Shown here in pieces: positions 27,952-34,410 of a stretch of 34,410 nt of DNA. Both the position numbers and the translations under genes were made by a program. Each line of letters starts with the position of its first letter. Within the stretch, counting starts at the first letter, position 1. This DNA comes from a virus (taxonomy: Duplodnaviria > Heunggongvirae > Uroviricota > Caudoviricetes). The stretch is from IMG/VR virus record IMGVR_UViG_2778261135_000004, one strand, 5' to 3'. Under the pieces are notes generated by a model that was not told the DNA's origin, ran no database searches, and was given only the letters and a program-made list of their open reading frames with translations.

Positions 27952-28227
27952 ATGAACAAAGAAAATGTGATTACCCTGGACAATCCGGTCAAGCGTGGTG
28001 AGCAGGTTATCGAACAGGTCACGCTGATGAAACCCAATGCCGGGACGCTGCGCGGTGTCAGTCTGGCTGCGGTCGCGAACTCCGAAGTCGATGCACTGAT
28101 TAAAGTGCTGCCGCGCATGACGGCACCGATGCTGACCGAACAGGAGGTCGCCGCGCTGGAACTGCCTGACCTTGTGGCGCTGGCCGGTAAGGTGGTCGGT
28201 TTTTTGTCGCCGAACTCGGTGCAGTGA
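27952..28227 (+). CDS. E: Tail assembly chaperone E, 91 aa
   Basis: 91-aa ORF between tube and tape-measure genes; ends shortly after a T7G slippery run. Confidence 0.9.
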   Translation: MNKENVITLDNPVKRGEQVIEQVTLMKPNAGTLRGVSLAAVANSEVDALIKVLPRMTAPMLTEQEVAALELPDLVALAGKVVGFLSPNSVQ

Positions 28228-28379
28228 CGTTTCCGAAAAATCTCTCGGTCGATGACCTGATGGCGGATGTGGCAGTGATATTTCACTGGCCGCCATCAGA
28301 ACTGTATCCCATGAGCCTGACCGAACTCATCACATGGCGCGAAAAGGCGCTCCGGCGAAGCGGAAACACGAATGAGTAA
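27952..28379 (+). CDS. E': Tail assembly chaperone E+E' (programmed -1 frameshift product, ~142 aa)
   Basis: Slippery TTTTTTG at 28200..28206; the -1 frame from there reads FFVAELGAVTFPKNLSVDDLMADVAVIFHWPPSELYPMSLTELITWREKALRRSGNTNE and stops at 28377..28379, overlapping the T start; matches the known P2 E/E' arrangement. Confidence 0.8.
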
Positions 28380-30819
28380 CAATGTAAAATTACAGGTATT
28401 GCTCAGGGCTGTTGACCAGGCATCCCGCCCGTTTAAATCCATCCGCACAGCGAGCAAATCGCTGTCGGGGGATATCCGGGAAACACAAAAATCACTGCGC
28501 GAGCTGAACGGTCAGGCATCCCGTATTGAGGGATTTCGCAAGACCAGTGCACAGCTCGCCGTGACTGGTCATGCACTTGAAAAGGCTCGGCAGGAAGCCG
28601 AAGCCCTTGCCACACAGTTTAAAAACACCGAACGTCCGACCCGTGCTCAGGCGAAAGTGCTGGAATCCGCAAAGCGTGCGGCGGAGGACTTACAGGCGAA
28701 ATATAACCGCCTGACGGATTCTGTTAAACGCCAGCAGCGGGAACTGGCCGTTGTGGGAATTAATACCCGCAATCTTGCACATGATGAGCAGGGACTGAAA
28801 AACCGTATCAGTGAAACCACCGCACAGCTTAACCGTCAGCGTGACGCGCTGGCGCGTGTCAGTGCACAACAGGTAAAACTTAACGCAGTCAAACAGCGTT
28901 ATCAGGCAGGAAAGGAACTGGCCGGAAATATGGCCTCAGTGGGCGCTGCCGGTGTGGGGATTGCAGCTGCGGGAACGATGGCCGGAGTTAAGCTGCTGAT
29001 GCCCGGTTATGAGTTTGCGCAGAAAAACTCAGAATTACAGGCTGTGCTCGGTGTGGCAAAAGACTCCGCCGAAATGACCGCACTCCGCAAGCAGGCGCGC
29101 CAGCTCGGCGACAATACCGCAGCCTCGGCAGATGATGCAGCCGGTGCACAGATTATCATTGCGAAAGCGGGTGGAGATGCTGCGGCTATTCAGGCGGCAA
29201 CGCCGGTCACGCTGAATATGGCACTGGCGAATCAGCGGTCGATGGAAGAAAACGCGCAACTGTTGCTGGGGACTAAGGCATCCTTTCAACTGTCAAATGA
29301 TGATGTCAGCCATGTGGGCGACGTGTTGTCGGCAACGATGAATAAGTCGGCGGCTGATTTTCAGGGACTCAGTGATGCACTGACTTACCTCGGGCCGGTT
29401 GCGAGGACGGCAGGTGTAAGTCTTGAGCAGGCAGCAGCCATGACAGGTGTGCTGCATGACAATAACATCAGGGGGTCAATGGCGGGGACGGGTAGCAGTG
29501 CCGTTGTCACCCGATTACAGGCACCGACTGGAAAAGCATGGGATGCACTCAAAGAGCTTGGCGTGAAAACCTCGGACAAAAAGGGAAATATGCGTCCGTT
29601 ATTCACCATTCTGAAAGAGATTCAGGCCAGCTTTGATAAACACAAGCTGGGAACGTCTCAGAAGGGGGAATACCTTAAAACCATTTTTGGTGAGGAAGCC
29701 CTGAAATCAGCGAACGTTTTACTGGCAGCGGCAGCAAGCGGAAAACTGGATAAGCTGACCGCCACGCTGAAAGCCTCGGACGGTAAAACGGAAGAGCTGG
29801 TTAAAATCATGCAGGATAACCTCGGCGGTGACTTTAAGGAGTTTCAGTCCGCTTATGAGGCGGTGGGGACTGACCTGTTTGACCAGCAGGAAGGCGCGCT
29901 GCGTAAGCTCACGCAGACAGCCACAAAGTATGTGTTAAAACTCGACGGCTGGATCCAGAAAAACAAATCACTGGCGTCAACCATCGGCATCATTGCCGGT
30001 GGCGCGCTGGCGCTTACTGGCATCATCGGTGCCATTGGCCTTGTAGCCTGGCCGGTTATCACCGGCATCAATGCCATCATCGCGGCAGCAGGCGCAATGG
30101 GGGCAATCTTCACGACGGTTGGCAGTGCCGTTATGACGGCCATCGGGGCGATTAGCTGGCCGGTTGTGGCTGTGGTGGCCGCCATTGTCGCCGGGGCGTT
30201 GCTTATCCGTAAATACTGGGAGCCTGTCAGCGCATTCTTTGGCGGTGTGGTGGAAGGGCTGAAAGCGGCATTTGCGCCGGTGGGGGAACTGTTCACGCCA
30301 CTTAAGCCGGTGTTTGACTGGCTGGGAGAAAAGTTACAGGCCGCGTGGCAGTGGTTTAAAAACCTGATTGCCCCGGTTAAAGCCACACAGGACACCCTGA
30401 ACCGTTGCCGTGACACGGGCGTCATGTTCGGGCAGGCACTGGCTGACGCGTTGATGCTGCCGCTTAATGCGTTCAACAAACTGCGCAGTGGTATTGACTG
30501 GGTACTGGAAAAACTCGGTGTTATCAACAAAGAGTCAGACACACTTGACCAGACCGCCGCAAGGACTAATGCCGCCACGTATGGCACCGGTGGTTATATT
30601 CCGGCGACCAGCTCTTTTGCAGGCTATCAGGCTTATCAGCCGGTCACGGCACCGGCTGGCCGCTCTTATGTGGACCAGAGTAAAAACGAATATCACATCA
30701 GCCTGACGGGCGGTACTGCGCCGGAGACACAGCTTGACCGCCAGTTACAGGATGCGCTCGAAAAATACGAGCGGGATAAACGTGCGCGCGCCCGTGCCAG
30801 CATGATGCATGACGGTTAA
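28372..30819 (+). CDS. T: Tail tape measure protein T, 815 aa
   Basis: 815-aa ORF with coiled-coil N-terminal part and hydrophobic Gly/Ala-rich segments; P2 gpT length. Confidence 0.95.
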   Translation: MSNNVKLQVLLRAVDQASRPFKSIRTASKSLSGDIRETQKSLRELNGQASRIEGFRKTSAQLAVTGHALEKARQEAEALATQFKNTERPTRAQAKVLESAKRAAEDLQAKYNRLTDSVKRQQRELAVVGINTRNLAHDEQGLKNRISETTAQLNRQRDALARVSAQQVKLNAVKQRYQAGKELAGNMASVGAAGVGIAAAGTMAGVKLLMPGYEFAQKNSELQAVLGVAKDSAEMTALRKQARQLGDNTAASADDAAGAQIIIAKAGGDAAAIQAATPVTLNMALANQRSMEENAQLLLGTKASFQLSNDDVSHVGDVLSATMNKSAADFQGLSDALTYLGPVARTAGVSLEQAAAMTGVLHDNNIRGSMAGTGSSAVVTRLQAPTGKAWDALKELGVKTSDKKGNMRPLFTILKEIQASFDKHKLGTSQKGEYLKTIFGEEALKSANVLLAAAASGKLDKLTATLKASDGKTEELVKIMQDNLGGDFKEFQSAYEAVGTDLFDQQEGALRKLTQTATKYVLKLDGWIQKNKSLASTIGIIAGGALALTGIIGAIGLVAWPVITGINAIIAAAGAMGAIFTTVGSAVMTAIGAISWPVVAVVAAIVAGALLIRKYWEPVSAFFGGVVEGLKAAFAPVGELFTPLKPVFDWLGEKLQAAWQWFKNLIAPVKATQDTLNRCRDTGVMFGQALADALMLPLNAFNKLRSGIDWVLEKLGVINKESDTLDQTAARTNAATYGTGGYIPATSSFAGYQAYQPVTAPAGRSYVDQSKNEYHISLTGGTAPETQLDRQLQDALEKYERDKRARARASMMHDG

Positions 30820-30833
30820 GGAGGTGACGAAAA

Positions 30834-31313
30834 ATGATGCTCGCGTTAGGTATGTTTGTTTTTATGCGCCAGACGCTGCCACACCAGACCATGCAGCGTG
30901 AATCAGATTATCGCTGGCCGTCAAATTCCCGTATCGGTAAACGGGATGCCTACCAGTTTCTCGGTGTGGGTGAGGAAAACATCACGCTTGCCGGTGTGCT
31001 TTATCCTGAACTGACCGGCGGAAAGCTGACGATGACCACGCTCAGGCTGATGGCAGAGGAAGGCCGGGCGTGGCCGTTGCTGGATGGCACAGGCATGATT
31101 TACGGCATGTATGTCATCAGCAGGGTGAGTGAAACAGGGAGTATTTTCTTTGCAGACGGCACACCCCGGAAAATTGATTTTACGCTGTCACTCACCCGCG
31201 TTGATGAATCACTGGCCGCGCTTTATGGCGATATCGGTAAACAGGCGGAGTCGCTCATCGGTAAGGCTGGCAGTCTGGCGACCAGATTCACGGGGATGAC
31301 GGGGGCGGAATAA
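30834..31313 (+). CDS. U: Tail protein U, 159 aa
   Basis: 159-aa ORF after T; P2 gpU length. Confidence 0.9.
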   Translation: MMLALGMFVFMRQTLPHQTMQRESDYRWPSNSRIGKRDAYQFLGVGEENITLAGVLYPELTGGKLTMTTLRLMAEEGRAWPLLDGTGMIYGMYVISRVSETGSIFFADGTPRKIDFTLSLTRVDESLAALYGDIGKQAESLIGKAGSLATRFTGMTGAE

Positions 31314-32476
31314 TGCTGGATGCGCTGACATTTGATGCAGGCAGTACGCTGACGCCGGATTACATGCTGATGCTCGACAGCAGGGATATTACCGGCAATA
31401 TCAGCGACCGTCTGATGAGCATGACCCTGACGGATAACCGGGGCTTTGAGGCTGACCAGCTTGATATTGAACTGAACGATGTCGACGGGCAGGTCGGGCT
31501 GCCGGTTCGTGGCGCTGTCCTGACGGTGTATATCGGCTGGAAAGGTTTTGCCCTGGTATGCAAAGGGAAATTTACCGTTGATGAGGTTGAACACCGGGGC
31601 GCACCGGATGTGGTCACCATCCGCGCCCGGAGTGCAGATTTTCGCGGGACGCTCAATTCCCGCCGGGAAGGCTCATGGCATGACACCACGCTCGGTGCGA
31701 TTGTTGAGGCGATAGCCTCCCGTAACAGGCTGGAAGCCAGTGTCGCTCCGTCACTGGCCGGAATTAAAATCCCGCACATCGACCAGTCGCAGGAGTCTGA
31801 TGCGAAATTTCTGACCCGTCTTGCAGAACGCAACGGCGGTGAGGTGTCGGTAAAAATGGGAAAACTGCTGTTTCTCAAAGCGGGGCAGGGGGTGACGGCC
31901 AGCGGTAAAAAAATCCCGCAGATTACCATCACCCGCAGCGACGGCGACCGTCATCATTTTGCGATTGCTGACCGTGGAGCTTACACCGGCGTAACGGCAA
32001 AGTGGTTACACACCAAAGACCCGAAGCCGCAAAAGCAGAAGGTAAAACTGAAACGCAAAAAGAAAGAAAAACACCTGCGCGCACTGGAGCACCCGAAAGC
32101 GAAACCGGTCACGCAGAAGAAAGCGCCAAAAGTACCGGAAGCGCGCGAAGGTGAATACATGGCCGGTGAGGCTGACAACGTTTTTGCCCTGACCACGGTA
32201 TATGCCACGAAAGCGCAGGCCATGCGCGCCGCTCAGGCGAAGTGGGATAAGCTGCAACGGGGCGTTGCGGAGTTCTCCATCAGTCTGGCTACCGGTCGTG
32301 CTGATATTTACACGGAAACACCGGTTAAAGTGTCAGGCTTTAAGCGCGTCATAGACGAGCAGGACTGGACAATCACTAAGGTGACACATTTTCTGAATAA
32401 TAGCGGCTTCACGACGTCCTTGGAGCTTGAGGTCAGGCTTTCTGATGTGGAGTACGAAACAGAAGATGATGAGTGA
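31313..32476 (+). CDS. D: Tail protein D (late control D family), 387 aa
   Basis: 387-aa ORF overlapping the U stop (ATGA); P2 gpD length. Confidence 0.9.
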   Translation: MLDALTFDAGSTLTPDYMLMLDSRDITGNISDRLMSMTLTDNRGFEADQLDIELNDVDGQVGLPVRGAVLTVYIGWKGFALVCKGKFTVDEVEHRGAPDVVTIRARSADFRGTLNSRREGSWHDTTLGAIVEAIASRNRLEASVAPSLAGIKIPHIDQSQESDAKFLTRLAERNGGEVSVKMGKLLFLKAGQGVTASGKKIPQITITRSDGDRHHFAIADRGAYTGVTAKWLHTKDPKPQKQKVKLKRKKKEKHLRALEHPKAKPVTQKKAPKVPEAREGEYMAGEADNVFALTTVYATKAQAMRAAQAKWDKLQRGVAEFSISLATGRADIYTETPVKVSGFKRVIDEQDWTITKVTHFLNNSGFTTSLELEVRLSDVEYETEDDE

Positions 32477-32557
32477 TGTTTTTATTTTATCTGTTTGTTT
32501 TATAAGGATAAATTAACTAAAATGGCACCATCAACAAAACCGGAAGAGGTGCTCGCG

Positions 32558-32776
32558 ATGTTTCATTGTCCTTTATGCCAGCATGCCGCACATGCGCGTA
32601 CAAGTCGCTATATCACTGACACGACAAAAGAGCGTTATCACCAGTGCCAGAACGTGAATTGCAGCGCCACGTTCATCACTTATGAGTCGGTACAGCGATA
32701 CATCGTGAAGCCGGGAGAAGTCCACGCCGTAAGGCCGCACCCGTTGCCGTCAGGGCAGCAAATTATGTGGATGTAA
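32558..32776 (+). CDS. ogr: Late gene transcription activator Ogr (zinc-finger), 72 aa
   Basis: Begins MFHCPLCQHAAHARTSRYITDTTKERYHQCQNVNCSATF at ATG 32558 (track start 32495 is an extension); CxxC...CxxxxC zinc-binding motif; last gene before attR as in P2. Confidence 0.9.
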   Translation: MFHCPLCQHAAHARTSRYITDTTKERYHQCQNVNCSATFITYESVQRYIVKPGEVHAVRPHPLPSGQQIMWM

Positions 32777-32787
32777 TTACAAACAGG

Positions 32788-32813
32788 AAGCCCCTCAGTC
32801 GAGGGGCTTTTTT
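32788..32813 (+). terminator. Rho-independent terminator downstream of ogr
   Basis: GCCCCTC-AGTC-GAGGGGC hairpin followed by TTTTTT, 12 nt after the ogr stop. Confidence 0.85.
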
Positions 32814-32818
32814 GTCGA

Positions 32819-32837
32819 TGTGGTCAATGTGTGGACG
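32819..32837. promoter_or_regulatory. Putative Int arm-type binding sites (P arm): TGTGGTCA and TGTGGACG, 11 bp apart
   Basis: Direct repeats at 32819..32826 and 32830..32837 related to the TGTGGACAC repeats near attL; lie between the ogr terminator and the att core. Confidence 0.55.
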
Positions 32838-32877
32838 TGACCAGAAATAAATCCTTTTATTTCATTGTATTACGCGT

Positions 32878-32904
32878 AAAAAATAAGCCCGTGTAAGGGA
32901 GATT
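32878..32904. repeat. attR: attR core (27-bp direct repeat AAAAAATAAGCCCGTGTAAGGGAGATT)
   Basis: Exact copy of 477..503; marks the right prophage-host junction. Confidence 0.9.
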
Positions 32905-33048
32905 ACACAGGCTAAGGAGGTGGTTCCTGGTACAGCTAGCATTTTATGGGTTATGTTTTTCAGCGAAACGGATGATAACCTTAATAAATGCAGCTGTATG
33001 TGATCGGTTTCTAAGAATTTTCCATCCGGGAAAAATAATCGAAATTAA

Positions 33049-34410
33049 TCACTTACCGTGGGGATTACGCGTGGTTTCCCCGGAGAAATTACGCATCAGC
33101 AGCGCGTAATTGAGCTCAAGATCCTGCGGGACCGGGAGCCACACAGTATAACCATCGCCTGGTGCTATCGGCATAGCTTCGCCTTTGGCGTTTTCCATGT
33201 GCTCAAGGGTAAAATTAATGTTGCCTTGCGGCGTCATCAGCTCAAGGCTGTCGCCAACGGAGAATTTATTTTTCACCGCTACCGCCGCGAGGTCCCCCTT
33301 GCGCTCACCGGTAAACTCACCAACAAACTGCTGGCGGTCAGAAACTGAATAACCGTATTCGTAGTTCTGATAATCGTCGTGAGTATGACGACGCAGGAAA
33401 CCTTCGGTATAGCCACGATGCGCCAGACCTTCCAGAGTTTCCAGCAGGCTGGTATCGAACGGTTTTCCCGCAGCGGCGTCATCGATAGCTTTGCGGTAAA
33501 CCTGTGCGGTGCGTGCACAATAGTAGAAAGATTTGGTACGACCTTCGATTTTCAGCGAATGCACGCCCATTTTGGTCAGGCGTTCTACATGGGCGATGGC
33601 GCGCAGATCTTTCGAGTTCATGATGTAAGTGCCGTGCTCATCTTCAAACGCGGTCATATACTCGCCCGGACGCTGGGCCTCTTCGATCATAAACACTTTG
33701 TCGGTTGGTGCGCCGATACCCAGCGTCGGCTCAACATTTTGCACCGGAATCGGCTCGTACTTGTGTACGATGTTGCCAACATCATCTTCTTTCCCTTCCT
33801 GGACGTTGTACTCCCAGCGGCAGGCGTTGGTGCAGGTGCCCTGGTTCGGGTCGCGCTTGTTGATATAGCCAGAGAGCAGGCAGCGACCGGAGTAGGCCAT
33901 GCACAGCGCGCCGTGAACGAAGATCTCGATCTCCATATCCGGCACCTGATTGCGGATCTCTTCAATCTCTTCCAGCGACAGCTCGCGAGAGAGGATCACG
34001 CGGGTCAGGCCCATTTGCTGCCAGAATTTCACCGTCGCCCAGTTCACGGCGTTAGCCTGCACCGAAAGGTGGATCGGCATTTCAGGGAAGTGCTCACGCA
34101 CCAGCATAATCAGCCCTGGATCGGACATAATCAGCGCATCCGGCCCCATTTCCACCACCGGTTTCAGGTCACGGATAAAGGTTTTCAGCTTGGCGTTGTG
34201 CGGTGCAATGTTGACCACGACATAAAACTTTTTCCCCAGCGCGTGGGCTTCATTGATGCCGAGCTGAAGATTTTCGTGGTTGAATTCGTTGTTGCGCACA
34301 CGCAGGGAATAACGCGGCTGGCCCGCATAAACAGCATCTGCGCCATAAGCGAAAGCGTAACGCATATTTTTCAGCGTTCCCGCCGGGGAAAGGAGTTCCG
34401 GTTTAAACAT
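33049..34410 (-). CDS. yegQ: Host U32-family peptidase-like protein (YegQ/RlhA-like), 453 aa
   Basis: Complete 453-aa ORF outside attR; G+C and sequence typical of enterobacterial core genes. Symbol from recalled similarity to E. coli YegQ, not from a search. Confidence 0.8.
   Translation of the reverse strand: MFKPELLSPAGTLKNMRYAFAYGADAVYAGQPRYSLRVRNNEFNHENLQLGINEAHALGKKFYVVVNIAPHNAKLKTFIRDLKPVVEMGPDALIMSDPGLIMLVREHFPEMPIHLSVQANAVNWATVKFWQQMGLTRVILSRELSLEEIEEIRNQVPDMEIEIFVHGALCMAYSGRCLLSGYINKRDPNQGTCTNACRWEYNVQEGKEDDVGNIVHKYEPIPVQNVEPTLGIGAPTDKVFMIEEAQRPGEYMTAFEDEHGTYIMNSKDLRAIAHVERLTKMGVHSLKIEGRTKSFYYCARTAQVYRKAIDDAAAGKPFDTSLLETLEGLAHRGYTEGFLRRHTHDDYQNYEYGYSVSDRQQFVGEFTGERKGDLAAVAVKNKFSVGDSLELMTPQGNINFTLEHMENAKGEAMPIAPGDGYTVWLPVPQDLELNYALLMRNFSGETTRNPHGK

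Larger units (their letters stand above)
477..32904. mobile_element. Complete P2-family prophage (integrated, cos internal)
   Basis: Bounded by identical 27-bp direct repeats; contains the full P2 gene order int-C-cox-B-A ... cos ... Q-P-O-N-M-L-X-Y-K-lysAB-R-S-V-W-J-I-H-G ... FI-FII-E-T-U-D-ogr, with P2-like protein lengths. Confidence 0.95.

Noticed and set aside
9443-30587. Numerous ORFs of 60-250 aa overlapping the phage genes on the opposite strand or in alternative frames (e.g. 9743..10222, 10570..11046, 11339..12049, 12609..13160, 14387..14986, 15278..15724, 16610..17113, 18058..18819, 20435..21145, 29853..30587).
   Set aside because: They lie entirely within well-supported P2-type genes in GC-rich DNA, where long stop-free antisense frames arise by chance; their translations are Arg/Ser/Ala/Pro-rich low-complexity sequences with no recognisable motifs or RBS.
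4113-32557. Longer N-terminal extensions offered by the ORF track for A (4113), P (12106), O (12184), L (15023), X (15523), ogr (32495) and orf78 (2388, GTG).
   Set aside because: Internal ATG codons give products beginning with the recognisable P2 N-termini and the expected P2 lengths; the extensions run into upstream genes or intergenic regulatory DNA.

Overview
Almost the whole window is one complete P2-family temperate prophage (about 32.4 kb, 477..32904), inserted between two enterobacterial host genes: a small lipoprotein gene resembling yegR (1..318, +) and a U32-peptidase gene resembling yegQ (33049..34410, -). The prophage is bounded by a perfect 27-bp direct repeat (att core) at 477..503 and 32878..32904. 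Gene order follows P2 throughout: int and C leftward; cox-orf78-B-orf80-83-A rightward; the cos site internal at 9172..9190; Q and P leftward; then O-N-M-L-X-Y-K-lysA-lysB(lysC)-R-S-V-W-J-I-H-G, FI-FII-E(E')-T-U-D and ogr rightward. Assignments rest on recognisable protein sequences, near-exact P2 protein lengths and P2-typical start/stop overlaps; no search was run. The two classical P2 variable loci do not carry the P2 genes (tin/old, Z/fun). Each instead holds a single, strikingly AT-rich cargo gene: (1) 6689..9040 (+), a 783-aa Rad50/RloC-like ABC ATPase with a CxxC motif in its coiled-coil insert and an uncharacterised C-terminal domain; (2) 23991..25787 (-), a ~598-aa protein with a C-terminal HNH-type nuclease motif and an N-terminal HTH-like segment. 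These are the best candidates for novel or poorly described anti-phage immunity genes in this window. Other points of interest are an expanded in-frame tandem repeat with a non-P2 C-terminus in tail fibre gene H, an inverted 15-16 bp motif bracketing the second cargo gene, and an att-arm-like remnant on the host side of attL. No rRNA, tRNA or CRISPR array was seen.
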